Assembly (NCBI GenBank): GCA_052173415.1
Contig: JBQMYQ010000004.1
Location: forward strand, 4,703-68,702
Source of the DNA: Wolinella sp.
GTDB taxonomy: Bacteria; Campylobacterota; Campylobacteria; Campylobacterales; Helicobacteraceae
Reading direction: 5' to 3'
Length of the DNA: 64,000 bases
This document shows positions 19,660 to 30,289 of this stretch, one piece after another (position 1 is the first letter of the stretch; each line of letters starts with the position of its first letter). The notes beneath the pieces are model-generated. The model was given only the letters and a program-made list of their open reading frames with translations, did no database searches and had not been told where the DNA came from. The translations under genes and the position numbers were made by a program.

Positions 19660-20976
19660 ATGCCACTTCGTATACCTCTTCAGTCCCTCCGCACCAAGCT
19701 CGGACAAAAGCCCCTCTCTCCGACGTTTGGAACAATTACCAAAGTATCCGCAGGGGCGATCATCGCCACAGGACTCAAGCCTTCCGTCGGGGACATCGTA
19801 AAAATCGTCCAACATCACAACAGCGAAGAGAGCATGGGAATGGTCACCGTCGTGGAATCAGAAAGCTTCACTGTTTCGCCCTTTTCATTCATCGAGGGGA
19901 GCAGGGTGGGCGATCGTATCTACCTTAATAACAAAGGGCTTCAGATTCCCGTAGGTGATGGACTTTTGGGGCGAGTAGTCAATCCGCTCGGAGAGCCCAT
20001 CGATGGTAAGGGCGAGATTTTAAGTAGCGAATACGCACCCATCATCAAATCGCCCATTGCCGCAATGAAGCGGGGCATGATTGATGAGGTGTTTAGCGTG
20101 GGCGTGAAGAGTGTTGATGGACTTTTGACCTGCGGCAAGGGTCAGAAGCTCGGAATCTTCGCCGGAAGCGGTGTAGGGAAAAGCACGCTTATGGGTATGA
20201 TTGTGCGTGGGGCAAGTGCGCCTATTAAGGTCATCGCGCTTATCGGCGAGCGTGGGCGTGAGGTGCCGGAGTTTATCGAGAAAAATCTCGGCGGGAATCT
20301 GCAAAATACTGTCCTTGTTGTCGCGACGAGTGATGATTCCCCACTAATGCGAAAATATGGAGCTTTTAGCGCGATGAGCGTGGCGGAATATTTCAAATCA
20401 CGCGGAGAAGATGTGCTTTTTATGATGGATTCCGTGACGCGTTTTGCCATGGCACAGCGAGAGATCGGACTAGCCCTAGGCGAACCACCCACGAGCAAGG
20501 GCTATCCGCCCTCGGTGCTGACGCTCCTGCCTCAGCTCATGGAGCGCGCAGGCAAAGAGAATGGGCATGGCTCGATCACGGCGTTTTTCACCGTGCTAGT
20601 CGAGGGCGATGATATGGGCGATCCGATTGCCGATCAAAGCCGCTCGATTCTTGATGGACACATCGTGCTTAGCCGCGAGCTTACGGACTTTGGGATCTAT
20701 CCGCCGATTAATATCCTAAACTCCGCCTCGCGTCTCATGAATGACGTAGCAGAAAAGGAACAAATCGAGGCGGCGCGGAAATTTAGGCGACTCTATTCGC
20801 TGCTTAAGGACAATGAGGTGCTCATTCGTATCGGTGCGTATCAGCGCGGCAATGACAAGGAGCTTGACGAGGCGATGGACAAAAAGGAGCAGATGGAAGC
20901 CTACCTCAAGCAGGGAATCGACGAGCAAAGGAGCTTTGAAGAGAGTGTTAGTGAGCTAGTTACCCTGATGGGCTAG
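19660..20976 (+). CDS. fliI: Flagellum-specific ATPase FliI
   Basis: F1/T3SS ATPase core (GIFAGSGVGKSTLMGMI, LFMMDSVTRFAMAQREI). ATG at 19660 gives a typical ~438-aa protein. The 57 codons upstream in the track ORF look non-coding. Confidence 0.9.
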   Translation: MPLRIPLQSLRTKLGQKPLSPTFGTITKVSAGAIIATGLKPSVGDIVKIVQHHNSEESMGMVTVVESESFTVSPFSFIEGSRVGDRIYLNNKGLQIPVGDGLLGRVVNPLGEPIDGKGEILSSEYAPIIKSPIAAMKRGMIDEVFSVGVKSVDGLLTCGKGQKLGIFAGSGVGKSTLMGMIVRGASAPIKVIALIGERGREVPEFIEKNLGGNLQNTVLVVATSDDSPLMRKYGAFSAMSVAEYFKSRGEDVLFMMDSVTRFAMAQREIGLALGEPPTSKGYPPSVLTLLPQLMERAGKENGHGSITAFFTVLVEGDDMGDPIADQSRSILDGHIVLSRELTDFGIYPPINILNSASRLMNDVAEKEQIEAARKFRRLYSLLKDNEVLIRIGAYQRGNDKELDEAMDKKEQMEAYLKQGIDEQRSFEESVSELVTLMG

Positions 20977-21071
20977 GCTTAATCTATTTCAAAGTTTGAT
21001 AAGGTAAATTCGAATTGAAAAATAGCCTTAGAGATAAAAATTATCCTTTAACTATTTTTATATTTTCTGCT

Positions 21072-21110
21072 CCGATTCCTGCGTTTTACTCGGTATTTGT
21101 TGGGAATCGG
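21072..21110. terminator. Inverted pair CCGATTCC ... GGAATCGG (8-bp arms, 23-nt loop) between fliI and nifS
   Basis: Read directly. It could be a fliI terminator or a nifS regulatory hairpin. Confidence 0.3.
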
Positions 21111-21132
21111 CAGGGGTCATCTCAAAATCTAA

Positions 21133-22329
<1,197 letters not shown>

Positions 22330-22339
22330 GGAGTAAAAC

Positions 22340-23323
22340 ATGGCAAAAAATGACCTTTTGGGCGGTGCACTTTGGGACGCCTATTCCAAAAAAGTCTCCG
22401 AGCGAATGGATAATCCGAAATACCTCGGCACAATCCAGCAAGAGGAAGCGGACGCGCGGGGCTTACGGCTGATTGTCGCGGACTATGGAGCGGAATCGTG
22501 CGGCGATGCAGTGCGGCTATATTGGCTCATCGACCCTGCAAGCGATAGGATTGTCGAGGCGAAGTTTAAGAGCTTTGGCTGTGGCACGGCAATCGCGAGC
22601 TCAGACATGATGGTGGAGCTCTGCTTGGGAAAAACTGTCGATGAGGCGGTGAAAATCACCAACCTTGACGTGGAATTCGCGCTCCGAGATGATCCTAACA
22701 CACCTGCCGTCCCCGGGCAGAAAATGCACTGCTCGGTCATGGCATATGATGTGATTAAAAAAGCTGCCTCGCTTTATAAAGGCGTGGATATGACGAGCTT
22801 TGAAGATGAAATCATCGTGTGCGAATGCGCGCGCGTGAGCCTTGGCACGATTAAAGATGTGATTAGGATTAATAACCTAAAGAGCGTTGAAGAGATCACT
22901 TCATACACCAAAGCCGGGGCGTTTTGCAAAAGCTGTATCCGCCCCGGAGGGCATGAGGAGCGTGAATACTACCTCGTGGATATTTTGGCTCAAACAAGGG
23001 CGGAAATGGAAGAGGAGCAGCGCAAAATGCAAGCGGATAAAAGCGCGAGCGGGGAGCTTAGCTTTGCTGATATGAGCGTGATACAAAAATCCAAAGCCAT
23101 TGATAAGGTCATCGATGAGGGAATCCGCCCGATGCTCGTAATGGACGGCGGCGATATGGAGGTGATTGACATTCGCAACTCAAGCGAAGGGCATACCGAT
23201 GTCTATATTCGATATGTCGGTGCATGCTCCGGCTGCGCGGCAAGCTCCACGGGGACGCTCTTTGCCATCGAGTCGATTTTACAGCAAAACCTCGATAGCT
23301 CCATTCGCGTATTCCCCGTCTGA
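22340..23323 (+). CDS. nifU: NifU-type Fe-S cluster scaffold protein
   Basis: Three-domain NifU: an IscU-like N-domain (GAESCGDAV..SFGCGTAIASS), a central Cys-rich domain, and a C-terminal NifU domain (GACSGCAAS). Confidence 0.9.
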   Translation: MAKNDLLGGALWDAYSKKVSERMDNPKYLGTIQQEEADARGLRLIVADYGAESCGDAVRLYWLIDPASDRIVEAKFKSFGCGTAIASSDMMVELCLGKTVDEAVKITNLDVEFALRDDPNTPAVPGQKMHCSVMAYDVIKKAASLYKGVDMTSFEDEIIVCECARVSLGTIKDVIRINNLKSVEEITSYTKAGAFCKSCIRPGGHEEREYYLVDILAQTRAEMEEEQRKMQADKSASGELSFADMSVIQKSKAIDKVIDEGIRPMLVMDGGDMEVIDIRNSSEGHTDVYIRYVGACSGCAASSTGTLFAIESILQQNLDSSIRVFPV

Positions 23324-23342
23324 TTCTTGGAATCTAGCTTAG

Positions 23343-23375
23343 GTTGCTTTAATGGGTGTGTGTGATTAAGGCAAC
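23343..23375 (+). terminator. Stem-loop downstream of nifU (GTTGCTTTAAT / ATTAAGGCAAC, 11-bp stem with one G-U pair)
   Basis: Read directly, 20 nt after the nifU stop. There is no clear U-tract. Confidence 0.4.
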
Positions 23376-23597
23376 TCAAAGCGGAATCTTCAGAGGCAAA
23401 TCCTGCATGATTCCCTAAAAAGCCTGAAAGACAAAAACCTTACGTTGCGCATGGATTCCCTCCACATATTTCATGCTAATTTTGAGAATCAGACCTCCTC
23501 TGCGTGGCGGATTCTTGCCCCAATCCGCTCCTAATTCTCATAGTCGCGGCAACCGTCGCCGCCCGTGACTCCACCCCAAAGCGAGCACGATTCCCGC

Positions 23598-24368
23598 CTA
23601 TTTAAGAAGCTTATTAAGAGCCTTCGCCCCTTTGCCTAGCGTGCTACTTCTGAGGGATTTCTCCTTCTCGCCCATGACGATAAAAAGCCCATCGAGCGTC
23701 TTGCGTGTGATATAGTCATTGAGATCCTCTTCATCGCTTGGAAGATAGTCGTCCGCTCCGAGCTTAGAGGCGATTCCCTTAATGGATTTCGCCGCATCAG
23801 ATTTCATGAGTTTGCCCTTTGCCATGTAGGAGTTCAGCCCATTATACGCCGTAGCGAAGCGATTCTCGCTCATCATCTTTTTAATAATCGGCTTGAATAC
23901 CCCCTCAAGCTCCTTACCCGATTTATCACGTAAAAACCCCGTGAAGCTGTCATTCCCGCCATCAATTACCTCTTTGAGCTCCGTATCACTCATATTCTGA
24001 ATCGCTTTGCTAAAAACCCCCGCCGCACCGCTCACAGCACTAGTCGCCGCACTATTCATCGAGACACTTAGATCCTTAGCCCACTTCTCGCCACCCACTT
24101 TTTTAGCAAGCTCTGCTGCTTTTTGAAGGTTTTGTGGAAGAGGAATCTTAGCACTCGCATTTTTGAGATACCCTCGCTCACTAAGCTCTTTGACAGCTTT
24201 TTCAAGAGCTGAAGCGACAAGGTTTTTATAATCCCCTTTGGAATCGCCCCTCGCCTCATTAACCTTATCCAGCCCCTGTGTGAGCGCGTCTTGCCAGCCT
24301 GCCAATAATAGCACGGGGAAAATCCATGCGAGAAATACTATTCGTGTCATTTTTAATCCTTTTGACAT
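23598..24368 (-). CDS. Secreted DUF4197-like protein
   Basis: Signal peptide (TRIVFLAWIFPVLLLAG). The Lys/Ala-rich repeat pattern (..KIPLPQNLQKAAELAKKVG..) resembles the DUF4197 family. Confidence 0.55.
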   Translation of the reverse strand: MSKGLKMTRIVFLAWIFPVLLLAGWQDALTQGLDKVNEARGDSKGDYKNLVASALEKAVKELSERGYLKNASAKIPLPQNLQKAAELAKKVGGEKWAKDLSVSMNSAATSAVSGAAGVFSKAIQNMSDTELKEVIDGGNDSFTGFLRDKSGKELEGVFKPIIKKMMSENRFATAYNGLNSYMAKGKLMKSDAAKSIKGIASKLGADDYLPSDEEDLNDYITRKTLDGLFIVMGEKEKSLRSSTLGKGAKALNKLLK

Positions 24369-24370
24369 TT

Positions 24371-24610
24371 TTACCAGCTAAGCACCTCGCGCTTAATCTT
24401 ATTCAATGCCTCAATGTGCTCTTTGAGCTTGCTCACTTCCATGTCGATTTGCTGCAGATTCCACACACCAAGATGCTCGGGCATATCCTGCGCACCGCGC
24501 TTAATCATAATGTAATCCACAAAAGAGATTTTCGCCAAGCCTAGCAATATCTCAAGCTCTTCTTTGGAAGCTTCGATTCCCTGCAAAATTGCCTCAATTT
24601 TCTCTAACAT
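24371..24610 (-). CDS. Small hypothetical coiled-coil protein (79 aa)
   Basis: ATG at 24610 is preceded by GGAGGG. The longer track ORF (to 24724) would overlap kpsF by 100 nt. Confidence 0.4.
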   Translation of the reverse strand: MLEKIEAILQGIEASKEELEILLGLAKISFVDYIMIKRGAQDMPEHLGVWNLQQIDMEVSKLKEHIEALNKIKREVLSW

Positions 24611-24623
24611 TAGCCCTCCCTTG

Positions 24624-25634
24624 CTACTTGATTCCCGCTTCAATGAGACGATGCAGATGCACCGCACCTTTGATTTTGCGCTCTTTATCCGTGATGATGA
24701 GCAGCTGGATCTTATTCTCTTCAATTATTTTCAGTGCCTCACTCGCCAAAATCCCCTCATCATCGCAAAATTTCGGTGTGCTGTTTGCGTAACTCATCAC
24801 GCTTTTATTTAGATCAAAATCTAAGCGCATCATCGCACGCCTCAAATCGCCATCGCTAAGCACGCCCTTAAGCCTGCCCGATTCCTCAATAATCGCACTC
24901 CCAAGTCGTCCGTTACTCATCACAACAATCGCTTCTTTTAGCGAAATATCCGCAGGGATTAGAGGCAGGTTCTCATGCTGCATAAGATCTGCAACTTTCA
25001 CAAAAAGTCGCCTCCCTAGCGAGCCTCCGGGGTGAAAAGAGGCAAAATCGCTCTCTTTAAAGCCACGCCTTTTCATCAGACACACCGCGAGCGCGTCGCC
25101 AAGTGCAAGAGTAAGCGTCGTTGAGCTCGTCGGCGCGGCATTGAGCGGACACGCCTCACGGGTAATCGCAATAGAAATAAACGCGTCACAATCACGCGAA
25201 AGCGAGCTATTTTTGTCCCTGCTCATCGTAATTAGAGGAATCCCAAAGCGTTTCAGATGGGGCAAAATCGCAACAAGCTCGCTACTCTCGCCACTGTAGC
25301 TAATCGCTAGCACCGTGTCACCCTGACTAATCATTCCCAAATCGCCGTGCATCGCCTCAGTCGGGTGTAAAAAAAAGCTCGGCGTGCCCGTGCTCGCAAA
25401 AGTTGCAGCGATTTTCGCACCGATGAGCCCTGATTTCCCCACACCTGTGATAACGACCTTGCCCCGAGTTGTCTCGATAAGCTCCACAGCACGCAAAAAG
25501 TGGGAATCCATCGCCTCACTGGAGCGCAAAATCTCCTGCGCCTCAAGCCTCAAAACCTCTCGCGCCTCCTTTAGCAACGCCTCGCCCTCCGGAGGATTCC
25601 CGACATTAGGATCGCTTGCACGCCTCTCTTCCAT
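24624..25634 (-). CDS. kpsF: Arabinose-5-phosphate isomerase (SIS + tandem CBS domains), KpsF/GutQ family
   Basis: SIS motif (KVVITGVGKSGLIGAKIAATFASTGTPSFFLHPTEAMHGDLG) and C-terminal CBS pair. ATG at 25634 follows GGTGGAG. Confidence 0.85.
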   Translation of the reverse strand: MEERRASDPNVGNPPEGEALLKEAREVLRLEAQEILRSSEAMDSHFLRAVELIETTRGKVVITGVGKSGLIGAKIAATFASTGTPSFFLHPTEAMHGDLGMISQGDTVLAISYSGESSELVAILPHLKRFGIPLITMSRDKNSSLSRDCDAFISIAITREACPLNAAPTSSTTLTLALGDALAVCLMKRRGFKESDFASFHPGGSLGRRLFVKVADLMQHENLPLIPADISLKEAIVVMSNGRLGSAIIEESGRLKGVLSDGDLRRAMMRLDFDLNKSVMSYANSTPKFCDDEGILASEALKIIEENKIQLLIITDKERKIKGAVHLHRLIEAGIK

Positions 25635-25760
25635 CACTTTCGCTCCACCTTTTGAAATTGTCAATTTTCGCACAAAAGATTTTAAACTTTGGGGAATCTT
25701 GTGGATTCCCCCTCTAAAAGCGCACCCAAAATCCATGCGGATTCCCGCCTTTTGCCCAAA

Positions 25761-27881
25761 CTATACAAAATAGATAATCGGCACGATGAGTGGATATTTT
25801 TTAGTCTTTTTAAAGATATGCTTTCGCACCACTTGGCGGATCTCATTCTCCGCTGCACGGGTATTTTGAAGGTGCTCTTTTTTACAGTTTTTCAAAAAAT
25901 GCTCCAAAATACTTTCAATCTCCTTGCTAAATGCGTGCAAATCCCGATCACCCACCAAGCCAAATGCCGTAACTCGCGGCTTATCGACTATTTTTTGCTG
26001 TGCGGGCGAAACCTGTGCAGCAATCGTGATAATCCCCTCATTTGCGAGCTTCTGGCGATCGAGCACGACGTCATTATCAATCTGTTCGTTAGTCTGATTG
26101 TCGATAAAAATCTTGCCATTTTTGACACTTCGCACCTTGCGAATGTAGCCCGGCGCGACCTCAATCTGATCTCCATCTTCCATTAGCAAAATATTTTTCT
26201 CCGACACCCCGCATTTAATCGCCGTCTCCATGTGCTTGACTATATGATTGTATTCGCCATGCACAGGGAGGAAAAATTTCGGTTGCACCAAACGCAACAT
26301 CAGCTTCTGCTCCTCTTGTGCGGCATGCCCGCTAACGTGAATCTCGCTAAAGTCCTGATATGCCACTTTCGCACCCGCTTTTTGCAAGAAATTTAGCACC
26401 GATGAGACGCTTGCTTCATTCCCGGGAATCGCCTTTGCGGACAAAATCACGGTATCGCTGGGCTTAATCTTGATGTGCCTATGCTCGTCCGTTGCCATGC
26501 GATAGAGCGCGCTCATCGTCTCGCCCTGACTTCCTGTCGTTACGATAAGCACCTCATTATCGGCATATTTCGCTACTTCATGCGCCTCAATAAATATGTT
26601 TTGCGGCAAATCGATATAGCCAAGCTCGCGCGAAATTTCCAGATTCTTCTCCATGGAACGACCAATCACAGCGACTTTGCGCCCATATTTTAGCCCGTGC
26701 TGAATTGCCTGATAGACGCGATGAATATTCGATGAAAATGTCGACATAATGACTCGCCCCTGCGCACTCATAAAAAGCTTATCAAAAGTCGGTCCAACCG
26801 TCGCTTCACTCTCTGTATAGCCTGTGCGATGCGAATTAGTCGAATCGCTTAGCATAAGTAGCACGCCCCTTTCGCCATAATAAGCCAAACGGTGCAAATC
26901 AGCCGCGAATCCATCAATAGGCGTATGGTCGATTTTAAAATCACCCGTATGGATAATCGTCCCCGCCTCGCATCTAATTGCTAACGAAGAGGAATCGATG
27001 ATTGAGTGTGTCATGTGGATCCACTCTACTTCAAAATCACCGATTTTAATAGGCTTGCGCTTCTCAACAATCCGAAACAGCGAACGAAATTTTTTCAACC
27101 CATGCTCATCAAATTTGCTCCCGATCATGCCAAGCGGCAATGGCGTGCCATAGAGAGGGAATTGCATCTGCTTGTAAAGGTGGGGCACGGCACCGATATG
27201 ATCCTCATGTGCATGCGTGATGATAACCCCGGCGATCTTGCTCTTAATCGCCTCAAGATAGCTAAAATCAGGCACCAAAATATCCACGCCATGCATGTCA
27301 TGATCGGGGAAGCTCATACCCACATCAACGATGATCGCACTATCCTCTGTCTCGATAACCGTAATATTCCCACCGATCTCTCCAAGCCCGCCAAGTGGCG
27401 TGATCCGCACGCGTCCTTTGCTCTTGGGATCAATTTTTGAATGTGGATTTAGGCGTGATTTTTGGATACGATCATTTACTTCCACGCCATGTTTTAGCTC
27501 TTTATTGAGTGCGCTAACCCCGCGCCCCTCTTGCGCGCGATGATTATCGCTTCGCGATTCCTTGCTTTGCGACTCTCTATTTTCTACTTCACGATTCTCT
27601 CGCGTCCGATTCCCGCTATTTGCCCCTTGTGGCTCGCGCCTTGTGTGATAAGGTTTGCGCTCGTGAGCGGAATATGTAGGATTCCCGCTCTTAGAGGAAT
27701 CGCTCTCACCTTGTGAGGCTTGCGCTCCGTCTCCTTTGGGGAATCGATTCCTTCCACCTCTGCGTCTGCGCGGTTTAGAGGGCTGAGACGCCCCCGCACT
27801 TTTTGCCTCCTCATTTTGCGTTTGCGGAATTTGCGCCGCACTCTGCTTTGATGGCTCATGTGAATTGTTGTTCTCTTCCAT
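25761..27881 (-). CDS. rnj: Ribonuclease J with an Arg/Ser/Gln-rich N-terminal extension
   Basis: Metallo-beta-lactamase/beta-CASP core (ITHAHEDHIGAVPHL, HVSGHA). A ~135-aa low-complexity N-extension, as described for the H. pylori enzyme. Confidence 0.9.
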   Translation of the reverse strand: MEENNNSHEPSKQSAAQIPQTQNEEAKSAGASQPSKPRRRRGGRNRFPKGDGAQASQGESDSSKSGNPTYSAHERKPYHTRREPQGANSGNRTRENREVENRESQSKESRSDNHRAQEGRGVSALNKELKHGVEVNDRIQKSRLNPHSKIDPKSKGRVRITPLGGLGEIGGNITVIETEDSAIIVDVGMSFPDHDMHGVDILVPDFSYLEAIKSKIAGVIITHAHEDHIGAVPHLYKQMQFPLYGTPLPLGMIGSKFDEHGLKKFRSLFRIVEKRKPIKIGDFEVEWIHMTHSIIDSSSLAIRCEAGTIIHTGDFKIDHTPIDGFAADLHRLAYYGERGVLLMLSDSTNSHRTGYTESEATVGPTFDKLFMSAQGRVIMSTFSSNIHRVYQAIQHGLKYGRKVAVIGRSMEKNLEISRELGYIDLPQNIFIEAHEVAKYADNEVLIVTTGSQGETMSALYRMATDEHRHIKIKPSDTVILSAKAIPGNEASVSSVLNFLQKAGAKVAYQDFSEIHVSGHAAQEEQKLMLRLVQPKFFLPVHGEYNHIVKHMETAIKCGVSEKNILLMEDGDQIEVAPGYIRKVRSVKNGKIFIDNQTNEQIDNDVVLDRQKLANEGIITIAAQVSPAQQKIVDKPRVTAFGLVGDRDLHAFSKEIESILEHFLKNCKKEHLQNTRAAENEIRQVVRKHIFKKTKKYPLIVPIIYFV

Positions 27882-28665
27882 TGTGTTCCTCGGTTAAAAT
27901 ATTTAAAAGTTGGTGATAATAAGACGTCTCTAGCTCATGTGGGCGGAAATCCTCGCTGATTCCCAAATTCAAGAAAATCTCTTTAAGCCATCCGCTCTGA
28001 TACACACAGGAGAGGTTTTTAATAAGCTTCTTGCGAGGAGCGGAGAATGCTAGACGCAACAATGCCTCAAGCCCCACAGGAATCGTCTCTCTAATTTTAT
28101 CAAGGCGAAACACTGCCGAAGTTACTCTAGGCACGGGCTCAAACGCACTGGGGGGCACTTCAAAAAGAAGCCTCGCATCTCCATAACTCTGCGCAATCAC
28201 CGAAAGAGCCGAAAAATCTCGCTCGCCCCGCTGGGCACAAAACTTCTCAGCAACCTCCTTTTGCACCATTACAACCAAAGAGCGACACATCGGGTCTTTC
28301 AGAGCCTTAAGAATCATCGCCGTAGCGACATAATAAGGAAGATTTGAGACAAGCACGTAAGGCTCTGAAAGAAGCCCATGCCCTTGCCACTCCTCCATAA
28401 CATCGCCGAAACGGATCTCCAAGCGTCCCGTCGCAAGCTCTTTTTGAAATTTTCTCTCTAAATATGGACGCAAATCCATATCCACTTCAAAGGTCAAAAT
28501 ATCCCAACAGCTAAGCAGCCTACCGGTCAAATCACCCAGTCCAGCCCCAATCTCCACGACACGAAGCTCGCGCGCACAATCGGGAATCGACTCGATGATT
28601 TTATTCACATACAGGTCATCTTTGAGGAAATTCTGCCCAAAGTGCCTCTTTGCCTTGACGCCCAT
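27856..28665 (-). CDS. rsmA: 16S rRNA (adenine1518/1519-N6)-dimethyltransferase
   Basis: KsgA motifs (HFGQNFL, VVEIGAGLGDLT, VSNLPYY). The 3' end overlaps the rnj start by 26 nt. Confidence 0.9.
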   Translation of the reverse strand: MGVKAKRHFGQNFLKDDLYVNKIIESIPDCARELRVVEIGAGLGDLTGRLLSCWDILTFEVDMDLRPYLERKFQKELATGRLEIRFGDVMEEWQGHGLLSEPYVLVSNLPYYVATAMILKALKDPMCRSLVVMVQKEVAEKFCAQRGERDFSALSVIAQSYGDARLLFEVPPSAFEPVPRVTSAVFRLDKIRETIPVGLEALLRLAFSAPRKKLIKNLSCVYQSGWLKEIFLNLGISEDFRPHELETSYYHQLLNILTEEHNGREQQFT

Positions 28666-28800
28666 TTATAGCCTTAGCTAACGTAAAAAACGAATTAGGG
28701 CGATTGTATCACAACAGCTCTATTTTTACTCTTAATTCAGGGGCTTTTGCGCCTCTTTGGGCTATGATTGGCACATTTTATCCACAAAAAGGGAAATTTT

Positions 28801-29565
28801 ATGAATTCTCTTGCAAAACGCATTATCCCTTGTCTTGACGTCAAGGACGGGCGTGTTGTGAAAGGTGTGAATTTTGTCGGTCTGCGCGATGCGGGCGATC
28901 CCATCGAAGTGGCAAAATGCTACAATGACGAGGGGCTGATGAAGTTGCATTCCTCGACATCATGGCGACGCATGAGGGGCGCGGAATCATGACAGAAATC
29001 GTCCGCTCGGTCGCAAAAGAGATTTTTATCCCGCTCACCGTAGGCGGAGGAATCCGCACGCTAGCGGACATGTATGAGCTGCTCAACGCGGGCTGTGATA
29101 AGATTAGTATTAATTCTTCGGCAATCAAAAATCCCTCGCTCATTAATAAGGGGGCGAAGCGGTTTGGTTCTCAATGTATCGTGGTTGCTATCGACGCAAA
29201 AATGCGCGCAGATGGGAGTGGCTGGAATGTCTATGCAAATGGCGGATGCATCGATACGGGAATCGACCTGCTGGAATGGGTCAAAGAGGCGAGTAATCGT
29301 GGGGGCGGGCGAGATATTGCTCACGAGCATGGATAGCGATGGGACAAAATCGGGCTATGATTGCGCGCAACTAAGCGCGGTCGCTAAAATCACAAATATT
29401 CCGCTCGTTGCAAGCGGGGGCGCAGGACGCATGGAGCACATCAAAGAGGCGTTTTTAAGCGGTGCGGACGCGGCACTTGCGGCAAGTATTTTTCATTTCA
29501 GAGAGATTGATATTATAGAGCTGAAACGTTATCTCAGAAGCGAAAAAATCGAGGTGCGAATATAG
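28801..29565 (+). pseudogene. hisF: Imidazole glycerol phosphate synthase cyclase subunit HisF, disrupted by two compensating frameshifts in G-runs
   Basis: HisF similarity runs through three track ORFs. Frame 1 covers [27 protein letters not shown]. Frame 0 covers [40 protein letters not shown]. Frame 1 resumes with [34 protein letters not shown]. The switches fall at G4 (28932-28935) and G5 (29301-29305). Confidence 0.8.
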
Positions 29566-29737
29566 TGGCTACTTTGGATATACTTTGTTGGTCAAATTTT
29601 CAACTATTTTTGGCGAAGATTCCTAATGGAATATTTCAAACTTTTCTAAAAATAGTGGAAACTTACGCAAAAATTTACAAAAAAATCTATAAAACCTGCC
29701 CTGATTCCTCGATTTATCCCAAAAAGGTAGAAATCTA

Positions 29738-30289
29738 ATGTTCATCTGTGCGGGAGCTATGGAGCAGTTTCCTTTTGCCAAACCCATAGGAATCGGGCTA
29801 ATCGATAGTGCGATCGGACTGACGCGACTAGTCCTCAGAGAGCAACCGAGCCTTTTACTGTTCCTTGGCAGTGCTGGAAGCTATGATGATAAAATCCTCG
29901 AATTGACGATTTTTGAGAGCTTTAGTGCGACTAATATTGAGCTCTCTTTCCTCGCAAATCAATCCTACACCCCAATTAATAACGCAATTTCTATGGAAGA
30001 TTTGAATGTTTCACATGAAACAAAAACGGCGATTGTCAATTCGAGTAACTATATTACCATCGATTCCCGTGCGGGTGAGCTGATGACAAAAATGGGAATC
30101 GCGCTGGAAAATATGGAATTTTACAGCGTGTTATCTGTGGCGAAAGAGTTCCATTTGCCTGCGCGCGGGATATTTTGCGTTACAAATCATACGAATTCAG
30201 CCGCTCATGAAACGTTTATCAAGAGGCATGCCGAGGCGATGAAGTTGCTCGATTCCTACGTCAGGACGCACTATGCAGAATATCTATGA
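29738..30289 (+). CDS. Nucleoside phosphorylase-family protein (PNP_UDP_1-like)
   Basis: 183 aa. The pattern (FLGSAGSY ... ENMEFYSV ... FCVTNH) resembles short Helicobacter punB-like / MTA-nucleosidase-fold proteins. The assignment is weak. Confidence 0.45.
   Translation: MFICAGAMEQFPFAKPIGIGLIDSAIGLTRLVLREQPSLLLFLGSAGSYDDKILELTIFESFSATNIELSFLANQSYTPINNAISMEDLNVSHETKTAIVNSSNYITIDSRAGELMTKMGIALENMEFYSVLSVAKEFHLPARGIFCVTNHTNSAAHETFIKRHAEAMKLLDSYVRTHYAEYL

Noticed and set aside
24611-25736. Longer versions of two minus-strand ORFs: the small ORF extended to 24724, and kpsF extended to 25736.
   Set aside because: The extensions overlap the upstream gene or add non-homologous residues. Internal ATGs with good SD sequences (24610, 25634) give products of typical size.
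28778-28786. Perfect E. coli-type DnaA box TTATCCACA just upstream of hisF.
   Set aside because: It is a single isolated 9-mer, and about 0.5 such matches are expected by chance in 64 kb on both strands. It is far from dnaA and has no neighbouring boxes or AT-rich element.
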